A stretch of DNA of 64,000 bases, from contig DYMG01000002.1 of assembly GCA_020721655.1 (NCBI GenBank), forward strand, positions 829 through 64,828, in the 5' to 3' direction. Shown here piece after piece: positions 18,150-27,135 of this stretch; position 1 is the first letter of the stretch, and every line of letters starts with the position of its first letter. This DNA is from Paludibacter propionicigenes (GTDB taxonomy: Bacteria; Bacteroidota; Bacteroidia; Bacteroidales; JAFGXI01). Made by a program: the position numbers and the translations under genes. Under the pieces are notes generated by a model. It saw only the letters and a list, made by a program, of their open reading frames with translations, did not search any database and was not told where the DNA came from.

Positions 18150-18806
18150 ATGAAATTATTTTCACAAAAAACAAAACAAACTAATTTAGAAAAGCTTTTA
18201 GATTTATTTTACCACGGAAAGTACAAAGAAACTATTGAAAATGCTGAATTAATTCTTAAAAATGATTCTAAAAATTTAGATATTAAAAGAATTGCGGGCT
18301 TGGCAAATTACAAAATACGTCGTTTTGAAAATGCAGTTACTTTATTTAAAGAAATTGCCGAAACATCTAATATTACCGACGATTGGTTTAATTTATGCAC
18401 TTCGGCTACACGAAATAATTTAATAGAGTTATCAGAATTTGCGTTCAATAAATTTTTCGACGAAACATCAATAAAAGGAGAAAATTCAATGTTATCTTAT
18501 CCAAATGTACTATATCAATATATGATTGCACTAAAAGATATGAAGCATTATAACAAAGCTTTAGAAAAACTTATTGCACTTAAAAAATATTACGGGGGCT
18601 TACAAAAACACAACGACGATTTTCTTGGAAACCACGCCATTCCATTTATTTTCACAACATTAGTCAGTTCAAAAGAAATATTAGATAATGTTTACACATT
18701 AGAACAAATAAATAATTGGCTTGCCGATTTTGCCAAACAGGTTGATGAATATGGAAAAGAAAGCATTATTGAATTTAAACAAAAACATTATCCTCAATTA
18801 GTATAA
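18150..18806 (+). CDS. Hypothetical protein (helical, possibly TPR-like)
   Basis: 218-aa ORF preceded by a -7 box. No catalytic motif recognised. Confidence 0.45.
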   Translation: MKLFSQKTKQTNLEKLLDLFYHGKYKETIENAELILKNDSKNLDIKRIAGLANYKIRRFENAVTLFKEIAETSNITDDWFNLCTSATRNNLIELSEFAFNKFFDETSIKGENSMLSYPNVLYQYMIALKDMKHYNKALEKLIALKKYYGGLQKHNDDFLGNHAIPFIFTTLVSSKEILDNVYTLEQINNWLADFAKQVDEYGKESIIEFKQKHYPQLV

Positions 18807-18837
18807 TTTTTTTTATTAATTTCGCGAAAAACATAAT

Positions 18838-19401
18838 TTGGAAATAACCAATATAAATACGGCATTAGATAGAAAACAATTCGAGCAAATTTTTAACGAA
18901 TATTTTTCTCAACTTATAAATTTCTCAAAATTTTATGTTAAAGATACAGATTCGGCTAAAGAAATAGTGCAAAACGTATTTATTAATTTGTGGCAAAAAA
19001 AAGAATCTATTGATTCTAATAAATCTATAAAATCGTATTTATTTACCTCAGTTAAAAACCGAAGTTTAAACTATATTAGAGATAACAAAAAATACAAAAG
19101 CGAATACTTAGATATTGAAATTGAAAAACACAATACTTTCTTTGAAGTAGATATTTTAACATCGAACGAATTGCAAGAAAAAATTTCAAAATCCATAAAC
19201 AGTTTACCTGAAAAATGCCGAATAGTTTTTGAAATGAGCCGTTTCGAAGAATTAAAATATCAAGAAATTGCCGATAAATTACAAATATCAATAAAAACAG
19301 TAGAAAACCAAATGAGTAAAGCTCTAAAAGTATTAAGAGCCGACTTAAAAGAATACTTACCAATATTAATTTTATTTGGAATAACAATAGGGGTTAAATA
19401 A
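18838..19401 (+). CDS. ECF-type RNA polymerase sigma-70 factor
   Basis: 187 aa with region 2 (DSAKEIVQNVFINLWQK) and a region 4 HTH (LKYQEIADKLQISIKTVENQMSKALKVLR). The track start is TTG. Confidence 0.75.
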   Translation: MEITNINTALDRKQFEQIFNEYFSQLINFSKFYVKDTDSAKEIVQNVFINLWQKKESIDSNKSIKSYLFTSVKNRSLNYIRDNKKYKSEYLDIEIEKHNTFFEVDILTSNELQEKISKSINSLPEKCRIVFEMSRFEELKYQEIADKLQISIKTVENQMSKALKVLRADLKEYLPILILFGITIGVK

Positions 19402-19425
19402 AAAAATAGTGTATTAGAATTTACA

Positions 19426-20406
19426 ATGAGTACTGAAAACAAAAATATTGATTATATTGAGCTTATAAGTTCTTACTTATCAGGCGAATTATCTAACAAC
19501 GAAATTATTGTTTTAGAAAATTGGGTGCGAGAAAATTCCGAAAATAAAGATTTATTCTTGGTATACAAAAACTCTTGGATTAGTTCCACTATAGGAAAAA
19601 ATAATAATCTGAATTTAAACGACGAATTAGCCGAACTTAAATTAAAAATAAATTTTTCATTACCAGCTAAAAAACAAAAAAACATTTTCGTAAAACACAC
19701 ACTTCGCATTGCAGCAGTTTTAGCAATAGTATTAGCCGGTTTTGTAGCATTTAATTACTACTTAAACAAACAATATTTTATTGAATATAGCTCAGCAAAC
19801 AATATTATTGAACAACAAACACCCGACGGGTCGATAATTGATTTAAATAGAAATACTACTATAATTTACAATAAAAACTCAAAAAAAATACGAGAAGTTA
19901 AACTTAAAGGGTCGGCTTTTTTCAAAGTTAAACCAAACAAAAACAAACCTTTTATTATTGAAACTCAGAACATTAAAATAACAGTTTTAGGAACTTCTTT
20001 TTTTGTTGATTCGAGAGAAAATACCAATTACATTGAAGTTGTTGTAAAAACAGGAAAAGTTTCAGTTAAAAACAACGACGGAGAAGTTATTTTATTACCT
20101 GGCGAAAAAGGTATTTTTTCAAAAAAACAAAATAAACTATATAAAACAACAAACAATAATGTTAATTTTATTTCGTGGAAAACAAAAATTATAGACTTCG
20201 ACAATACAAATTTAACAGATGTTGTAAATACAATTAATATTGTTTACAATAAAAATGTAAAAATTGACAGCAAAATAAATACTGCTAATTATAAACTTAC
20301 AGCAAAATTTAATAATAAATCTTTCAAATCTGTTATTGAAATAATAAAAGAAACTTTTGATTTAAAAACAATAGAAATAGACACAGAAATTATTATTTCA
20401 GAATAA
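19426..20406 (+). CDS. FecR-family anti-sigma factor / transmembrane sensor
   Basis: 326 aa. It has an N-terminal anti-sigma segment, one transmembrane helix (IAAVLAIVLAGFVAF), and a FecR periplasmic domain (GSAFFKV...PFIIET..IKITVLGTSFFV). Confidence 0.75.
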   Translation: MSTENKNIDYIELISSYLSGELSNNEIIVLENWVRENSENKDLFLVYKNSWISSTIGKNNNLNLNDELAELKLKINFSLPAKKQKNIFVKHTLRIAAVLAIVLAGFVAFNYYLNKQYFIEYSSANNIIEQQTPDGSIIDLNRNTTIIYNKNSKKIREVKLKGSAFFKVKPNKNKPFIIETQNIKITVLGTSFFVDSRENTNYIEVVVKTGKVSVKNNDGEVILLPGEKGIFSKKQNKLYKTTNNNVNFISWKTKIIDFDNTNLTDVVNTINIVYNKNVKIDSKINTANYKLTAKFNNKSFKSVIEIIKETFDLKTIEIDTEIIISE

Positions 20407-20475
20407 TTAAAAATAACTTACATTTTTTCTATAATTTAGCACTATAAATTAAACCCTAAGTAAATTAATTTTAGT

Positions 20476-23124
20476 GTGCGTGAAATTATCTCATTAAAGC
20501 AAGCAATTACTGTATTCCTAATAATTTCAGTAAAAATATTCTTTGCCCAAGAAGAAAAATTAGCAAAAACAATTACTGTAAATTTTACTAATTCTACACT
20601 AACGGAAATTATAAAAACTATTGAAAAAGAATCTGAAATAAATTTTTCGTACAGTAATAAAATTACAAAAATTGAGCACACCATATCATACTCGGCAAAA
20701 AAACCAACACGCGAAATTTTAAACGACATATCTCTATTATTCTCAATTAATATTGAAAGCATAGACAATCAACTTGTGGTAAAAAAACTGAGAAAAGCTG
20801 ATGAGAATTTAAAGAAAAACAAAATAGAAAAATACACAATTAGTGGTTTTTTAAAAGATTTTGACACAGGCGAAAACCTTATAAATTCTACAATATTAGT
20901 TGCAGAAACAAACATTGGAACAGTTTCTAACGAATACGGTTTTTATTCATTAACACTACCAAAAGGCAATTATAAAATTGAAATTTCGTACATTGGTTTT
21001 GAAAAACAACTTTTCAATGTAACTTTAGATGAAAACAAAAAAATAAGCCGCAATTTAAAATTTAATACGGAAATATTATCGGGAGTAGATATAAACACCG
21101 ATGAAGAGCAATCCTTAATTTCGAGCAACCAAATGAGTAATATTAAACTAACACCAAACGATATAAAAACATTGCCCGATTTTGTTGGAGAAGTTGGCTT
21201 AGCAAAAACATTAGAAAATATTCCCGGAATAAAAACTTATGGAGATGGTTCGGCGTTCTTTTTTACCAGAGGTGGAAACAAAGACCAAAATCTTGTATTA
21301 ATTGATGAAGCACCAATTTACAATTCGGCTCATTTATTTGGCATATACTCTGTAATAATTCCCGAAACCGCTAAAGAAATTAATATTTACAAAGGCGATT
21401 TACCAGTTAATTTTGGAGATAGAATTTCATCAGTTATAGACATACGAACAAAAGAAGGCAATTTAAACAAATTTGGTTTTGGGGGCGTTGTAAATCCTTT
21501 TATTTATCGATTTTATGTTGAAATTCCAATTATAAAAGAAAAATCGTCGATATATGCATCATTTAGGCACTCAAATATAAAATGGATTTATAGCAACCAA
21601 GAATATGCTAAAACATTAGACATATATTTTGCTGATTTTACCTCGAAAATTAACTTTAAAATTAACAACAACAACCGAATTTATTACTCTATTTATTACG
21701 GAAAAGACAACCTTTCAAATAAAAATCTAAATAATGAAAAATATGGTATAGATTGGGCAAATTATGCATCAACATTACGATGGAATCATATTTTTAATAG
21801 TAAATTATTTTCAAATTTTTCAATTTATGGAAGCCAGTATAATTACAACTTTTCTTTTTACCAAACGGGTTTTAATAATTGGAACTCTTCAATAGGAAAT
21901 TTAACTTTTAAAATGGACTTTACCCAATACACATCGCCAAAATTAACTTTTAAATATGGAATAACACAAAATTTTCAAATAATAAATCCTGGTAATATTA
22001 ATAACAACGAGCAACTAAACATTCCGGTAATTGCACAACGCCAATCTCGCCAAAGTGTTTTTTATTTTAACAACAACTATAGTTTTAGTGATAAAATATC
22101 AGTAAATACAGGTTTTAGATTACCAATTTGGACAAATACCGGAGAAACCACAATTTATAAATTTAACGAAAATTATGAAGTTTACGACACTCTAAAAATA
22201 CCATTAGGTAAATCGTATAAAAAATTTATAAATTTTAACCCACGTGCCAGTTTTAGATATGAATTAAATAAAAAATCATCAATAAAAATAAGTTTTGGCA
22301 TTCAACATCAGTATTTAAATTTAATTTCTAACACAAATGGACCTCTATCGTCAATAGAAATTTGGCTTCCAAGTGATGAAAACATTAAACCTCAACGTTC
22401 TGATATTTACGCTATTGGCTATACCCGATTAATTAAAAAATCTAATTTAGATTTTATTGCTGAATTGTTTTACAAAAAAATGTACAACCAAATTGAATAC
22501 ACATCGCACGCAAATATATTATTAAACCCACTTTTAGAAGGCGAACTACGTTTTGGAGAAGGTTATTCTTACGGGGCTGAGTTTTTTTTGAAAAAAAATT
22601 CGAACAAATTAACCGGCTGGATAAGTTACACTTATTCAAGAGCTTTTTTACATATTAAAGATATAAACAACAACAACGAATTTCCTGCATATTACGACCA
22701 ACCTCATTATTTTTCTTTTTTTGGTAATTATGAAATAAATAACCGTCTAATTTTTTCTTTAAATTGGATTTATCACACCGGAGGAGCAATAACCAGTCCT
22801 ATTGGTTTTTACAAATATAATGGTAACACTGTCCCAATTTATGGCGAAAAAAACAACGACAGATTGCCAGATTATCATCGTTTAGACGTTTCGTTAAGCT
22901 ATAAACTAAACAAGAAAAAAACTAAATACAATCATAGTTTGATTTTAAATGTTTACAATATATACAACAGAAGCAATGCATTAACATATAGCTATAACAG
23001 GTCGCAAGAAAGTGATGGTAGCTTTGTAATTCCTCGCGATATTGAAGGAAAAGACATTTATGTTACAACACAAACAAGTTTACTTGGCATAATACCATCT
23101 ATAAGTTATAAATTTAACTTTTAA
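20476..23124 (+). CDS. TonB-dependent receptor/transducer with STN and carboxypeptidase-regulatory-like N-terminal domains
   Basis: 882 aa with a GTG start. It has an N-terminal signalling (STN-like) segment, then ISGFLKD..TGENLINSTILV (CarbopepD_reg-like), a plug domain (TLENIPGI...GGNKDQNLVLIDEAPIY), and a C-terminal beta-barrel ending in ...ISYKFNF. Confidence 0.8.
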   Translation: MREIISLKQAITVFLIISVKIFFAQEEKLAKTITVNFTNSTLTEIIKTIEKESEINFSYSNKITKIEHTISYSAKKPTREILNDISLLFSINIESIDNQLVVKKLRKADENLKKNKIEKYTISGFLKDFDTGENLINSTILVAETNIGTVSNEYGFYSLTLPKGNYKIEISYIGFEKQLFNVTLDENKKISRNLKFNTEILSGVDINTDEEQSLISSNQMSNIKLTPNDIKTLPDFVGEVGLAKTLENIPGIKTYGDGSAFFFTRGGNKDQNLVLIDEAPIYNSAHLFGIYSVIIPETAKEINIYKGDLPVNFGDRISSVIDIRTKEGNLNKFGFGGVVNPFIYRFYVEIPIIKEKSSIYASFRHSNIKWIYSNQEYAKTLDIYFADFTSKINFKINNNNRIYYSIYYGKDNLSNKNLNNEKYGIDWANYASTLRWNHIFNSKLFSNFSIYGSQYNYNFSFYQTGFNNWNSSIGNLTFKMDFTQYTSPKLTFKYGITQNFQIINPGNINNNEQLNIPVIAQRQSRQSVFYFNNNYSFSDKISVNTGFRLPIWTNTGETTIYKFNENYEVYDTLKIPLGKSYKKFINFNPRASFRYELNKKSSIKISFGIQHQYLNLISNTNGPLSSIEIWLPSDENIKPQRSDIYAIGYTRLIKKSNLDFIAELFYKKMYNQIEYTSHANILLNPLLEGELRFGEGYSYGAEFFLKKNSNKLTGWISYTYSRAFLHIKDINNNNEFPAYYDQPHYFSFFGNYEINNRLIFSLNWIYHTGGAITSPIGFYKYNGNTVPIYGEKNNDRLPDYHRLDVSLSYKLNKKKTKYNHSLILNVYNIYNRSNALTYSYNRSQESDGSFVIPRDIEGKDIYVTTQTSLLGIIPSISYKFNF

Positions 23125-23129
23125 TTGAA

Positions 23130-23924
23130 ATGAAAAATATTTTTATAATACTTCTTACAATAAGCTTTTTTTCTTGCGAAAAGAAAATTGAAAAAATTTT
23201 ACCCGAAGGCAATTTTAATGATATTATTATTGATGCTTTTATAACCAGTAAATACAAAAATCAAGAAATAATACTGTCCATTCCAAATAAATCGCAAAAT
23301 GACACTTTAATACCCATATCGGGGGCTTTTATTTTTTTACGTGCAAATTCATTAATATATTATTTCACCGAAAGCGATAGTTTGCCAGGTCATTATTTTT
23401 CCGATTTGCCTTTTGCCGGTGTTATTGAAACAAGTTATTATTTAGAAGTTCAATATAATTCAAAAATATACTCGGCAAATACTTATATGCTTCCTGTTAC
23501 TTTTTTTAATCCATTAGTTTACACTTATAACCAAACAAGTGGGTTGTACAGTGTTGATTGGGTTGCCGAGCCTTATAGTGCAGATGAAGAAGCTATGTAT
23601 GAGGTGTTTATTAACCAGCCCGATTATAATGATAGTACAAACGTTCGTGCATTTTATTATACTTTCAATACTGTTGATGTTAGTCAAGCATTTGCAGCAA
23701 ATCCTAAAAATGTTGTTTTTTATCCGGGTAGCACAATTATTGAAAACAAATACTCATTAACACCAGATTATGCTAAATATTTACGGGCTTTAGCATCTGA
23801 AACAATGTGGCAAGGAGGTTTGTTTTCTGAGTCTCCAAGCAATTTACCTACAAACATTAAGGGTGGTGCTTTAGGTTATTTTTCTGTTTGTGCTATTACA
23901 AGCATAAGTATTTCGGTTGATTAA
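23130..23924 (+). CDS. DUF4249-family lipoprotein (TonB-receptor partner)
   Basis: 264 aa with a lipobox (ISFFSC) and a C-terminal GGALGYFSVCAI motif typical of DUF4249. It lies immediately downstream of the receptor gene. Confidence 0.6.
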   Translation: MKNIFIILLTISFFSCEKKIEKILPEGNFNDIIIDAFITSKYKNQEIILSIPNKSQNDTLIPISGAFIFLRANSLIYYFTESDSLPGHYFSDLPFAGVIETSYYLEVQYNSKIYSANTYMLPVTFFNPLVYTYNQTSGLYSVDWVAEPYSADEEAMYEVFINQPDYNDSTNVRAFYYTFNTVDVSQAFAANPKNVVFYPGSTIIENKYSLTPDYAKYLRALASETMWQGGLFSESPSNLPTNIKGGALGYFSVCAITSISISVD

Positions 23925-24094
23925 CGGAAAACTGTATGAAAAATTATTGGGGTATTCCAATGCACTTTCCTATCCACCTGGCATAAACTATATAAAACGC
24001 ATTTATAATTTTGGCATTTAATATTTTTGTAACTTACTGATAATAAACCTATTATTTTTTTTGATGTAGTTATCCATTTAGTAAAAATAAAAAA

Positions 24095-24120
24095 GCAACT
24101 ATCAAAACATTGATAGTTGC
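24095..24120. terminator. Bidirectional rho-independent terminator
   Basis: A perfect 11-bp stem (GCAACTATCAA / TTGATAGTTGC) with a 4-nt loop. It has an A-run upstream and a T-run downstream and lies between convergent genes. Confidence 0.7.
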
Positions 24121-24138
24121 TTTTTTATTTCTTACAAC

Positions 24139-26568
24139 CTAATTTACTAAAGCAAAACGTTTTACAATTACAGTATTATTTAAAATAATTTTAACAGCAT
24201 AGTTTCCTTTAGCTAAGTCGCTCACATCAATAGTATTTGTAAAATCGTTTATTGTTTTCACAATTTTACCATTAACATCAACAACTTCTATTTGGTCAAA
24301 ATTTGTTATTCCAGAAATATGAACAACTCCTTGTGTAGGATTAGGGTATAAATTTACATTTTTAACAATAAAGCTATTAATTCCGGTGGTAGTTGTATTA
24401 ATTTCAATATCATCTACCATAAAAATAAAAGCATCGCTTGAAACACAGTTAATTCCCACATAAACTTGCTGATTGTCGTAATTTGCTAAACTGTAGGTTT
24501 TCTCAGTCCAAGTAGTAGGTGCTGTTTCATAAGTTCCGCTAGAAATAGTAGTGAACGAAGCAGGTGCATTTGTGGTAGTAGAAACGCCAATTTTAAAACG
24601 TTCTAAACCATAATCGGCTGTATGCGATTTTACCCAAACTTTAAAACTTGAGTTTGTTCCTAATTGTACTTTTGGTGAAATTAACCAATCGTTATTTGTT
24701 GTACCTTCACTAGGTATAGACGCAAAACAAGCACCAAATCTGCTTCCTCCATGAGGTGCAGGGTCTGTTTGTGCAGGGCTACAACTTGCAGGGTTAAATG
24801 CTATAAACGACATAGCTTCACCAGAATGAGTAAACGCAATTGATCCTCCCGAACCATCATCAATTCCGTAAGTTATGGTTTGGTCAACATCGTTAGTTGT
24901 CCAAGGATCGAAAGTAATAGCGAAATTAACACTAGCTTCAAAATCTAAAGTAAATGCAGTTCCAATATCAGAAACAGTAATATAACCGGTTTTTGTTTCA
25001 GAATCTGAGCCTTCGGAGTTTGTAACTGTTAGTGTAACATTGTAAGTTCCGGCAGTGTTATAAGTTATTGTAGGGTTTGTAGCTGTTGATGTACTTGGTG
25101 TTCCTCCTGCAAAAGACCAACTACGTGAGGTTATGGTATTTCCACCATTATTGCTAATGTCTGTAAAAACAACTTGTCCGCCTTCTACAATAGAAGTTGG
25201 TGTTCCTGAGAAATTTGCTATTGGTGCTCCGGTTAAAGTAGATTGAACACATTGCATTGCTGCGAGTGCATTTATTCGTCCGTGTTCTACAAAAGTTCCA
25301 ACATTAACACAAGAATTGAATAAACAAGTTTCAATTTCTGTGGCAGATAAAGCGGGGTTTAAACTTCTCATTAAACCAACTAAACCGGCAGCTAATGGTG
25401 TTGCCATTGATGTTCCTTGCATAACATTATATTTGCCTGAAATTCCATAATCTGCAGGAGCATAACCAGCGGAAGCATCGGTTGCTTCGCAAGCAGTTGT
25501 ACTTAATAAAGTTGCGTTTTGAGTAGAATATCCGCCCGGTGCTGCAATATCAACCCAAGTTCCGTAGTTAGAAAAATCTGAACGAGTATCTCCTTGGTCT
25601 GTAGATGCAACAGCAACAACATCGGTGTAAGCTGCAGGGTATAACAAATCGGTAACTCCGTCGTTTCCGGCAGCAGCTAAAATTACAATATTTTTTGTAT
25701 CGTGCATATATGAGTACCAATCTTGTTCATTTGTACTAGAGCTTGGTCCTCCAAAAGATAATGAAAGAACTTTTATGGGTTGTGTTGCCAGCCAATTTAA
25801 ACCTTCTGCTATATAGTATAAACTACCGTCGGAGTTTTTACCCGCTTTTGCTGTGTATAGTTTTATGCCACTACCAATTGATGCTATTCCTGTTGAATTA
25901 TTTGTTACGGCACCAATTAAACCAGCACAATGTGTTCCGTGCGACCATTCGTAAGTATTGCTTGGTGGTGCAGAACTACCTGTTGTTTGTGTTTCTCCAT
26001 CGTATGCTGTGGTAATTGCACCACTTAAATCGGGGTGTGTATTTAAAATAGAACCATCAACAATACCAACAGAAATACTTGAGTTTCCGTATGCTATATT
26101 CCATGCTCCTGATGCATTTATTACGTCTAAGTACCAATTCCAATCAACGCCACCAAGTGTACCGTAATATGGATCGTTTGGAGTTGCAAAAGTTTTGTAT
26201 AGTGGAACTTTTTCTACGTTATATAAACCATCAATTCTTTGTAAGTCTAATAACAGCTCGTTAACCTTTTCTATATCAGCAAAATGAACTTTGCAAATTC
26301 TTAAAATTGATTCTTCGGTAGCATTACTAAATGGTTGATTTACTTTAGTAATATTATATTTTTTAACTAAATCGTCTAAAAAATTAAAATATTCTAATTT
26401 GTTTAAAACAGTTTGTTTTTGACCGGCATTTCCGTTTGTTATATTTGCATATAACTCGTGGTTAATTGCAAAGTAAACTTGACCATCTATATAATCTTTG
26501 TAAATAGTCTGGGCTTTTATTGTTGAAAAAAAAGCAATAACAATAAGTAATAAAATAGATTTTCTCAT
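24139..26568 (-). CDS. Secreted S8 subtilisin-family protease with a PKD domain, an adhesin-like beta-sandwich and a T9SS type-A C-terminal sorting domain
   Basis: 809 aa. The catalytic triad contexts are GIVDGS (Asp), SHGTHCAG (His) and GTSMATP (Ser). The PKD domain reads FSGTP...WSFAGG...YNTAGTYNVTLTVTN. A DWLISPKVQL segment resembles cleaved-adhesin / choice-of-anchor-J domains. The C-terminal segment is LYPNPTQGVVHI...GNYAVKIILNNTVIVKRFALVN. Confidence 0.8.
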   Translation of the reverse strand: MRKSILLLIVIAFFSTIKAQTIYKDYIDGQVYFAINHELYANITNGNAGQKQTVLNKLEYFNFLDDLVKKYNITKVNQPFSNATEESILRICKVHFADIEKVNELLLDLQRIDGLYNVEKVPLYKTFATPNDPYYGTLGGVDWNWYLDVINASGAWNIAYGNSSISVGIVDGSILNTHPDLSGAITTAYDGETQTTGSSAPPSNTYEWSHGTHCAGLIGAVTNNSTGIASIGSGIKLYTAKAGKNSDGSLYYIAEGLNWLATQPIKVLSLSFGGPSSSTNEQDWYSYMHDTKNIVILAAAGNDGVTDLLYPAAYTDVVAVASTDQGDTRSDFSNYGTWVDIAAPGGYSTQNATLLSTTACEATDASAGYAPADYGISGKYNVMQGTSMATPLAAGLVGLMRSLNPALSATEIETCLFNSCVNVGTFVEHGRINALAAMQCVQSTLTGAPIANFSGTPTSIVEGGQVVFTDISNNGGNTITSRSWSFAGGTPSTSTATNPTITYNTAGTYNVTLTVTNSEGSDSETKTGYITVSDIGTAFTLDFEASVNFAITFDPWTTNDVDQTITYGIDDGSGGSIAFTHSGEAMSFIAFNPASCSPAQTDPAPHGGSRFGACFASIPSEGTTNNDWLISPKVQLGTNSSFKVWVKSHTADYGLERFKIGVSTTTNAPASFTTISSGTYETAPTTWTEKTYSLANYDNQQVYVGINCVSSDAFIFMVDDIEINTTTTGINSFIVKNVNLYPNPTQGVVHISGITNFDQIEVVDVNGKIVKTINDFTNTIDVSDLAKGNYAVKIILNNTVIVKRFALVN

Positions 26569-26631
26569 TTTAATGTGTTTAAATTTATAAAACTAATGAC
26601 TTATTAATAAAAATTATGGTTGCATTATTAA

Positions 26632-27012
26632 TTAAGATTTTACGGCAATAGTTTCTATTTCAACCATTGCGGCTAAAGGCAAGCCTTTTACAGCAAATGC
26701 GGCACGTGCCGGAGGGTTTGTTTGGTAATATTTACCATAAACTTCGTTCATTGAGGCAAAATTTGCCATATCGCTAAGTAAACAAGTCGATTTTATAACA
26801 TCAGAAAATTTATAACCAGCCTCATTAAGAATGGCTTCTATGTTTTTCATTACTTGTTCTGTTTGTTCAACAATTCCGCCGTCAACAATTTTTCCTGTTT
26901 CTGGGTTTATTGGAATTTGTCCTGAAATAAATAACATTCCGTTTGCTTCCACAGCTTGGCTATAAGGACCAACGGCTGCGGGTGCTTTTTGTGTGTGAAT
27001 AATCTTGCTCAT
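26632..27012 (-). CDS. ridA: RidA-family reactive intermediate (enamine/imine) deaminase
   Basis: 126 aa with YSQAV..G.LFISGQIP, PARAAF and VEIETIA motifs of the YjgF/RidA family. Confidence 0.85.
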   Translation of the reverse strand: MSKIIHTQKAPAAVGPYSQAVEANGMLFISGQIPINPETGKIVDGGIVEQTEQVMKNIEAILNEAGYKFSDVIKSTCLLSDMANFASMNEVYGKYYQTNPPARAAFAVKGLPLAAMVEIETIAVKS

Positions 27013-27135
27013 TTAATTTAAATTTAAATTTTAATAAAATTAGACATTAAATTTAAATTAACAAGGTTTAAAAATTGAAAAAGCTATTTATTTTTCAACA
27101 TTCAAACCTTGTTTGTATTGTTATTTATTTAGTAA

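Noticed and set aside
23925-24090. A 165-bp gap after the DUF4249 gene with slightly higher G/C content, examined for a tRNA or small ORF.
   Set aside because: I could not build a cloverleaf or a T-loop (GTTCGAATC-like) motif, and there is no ORF with a start signal. Only the terminator at 24095..24120 is supported.
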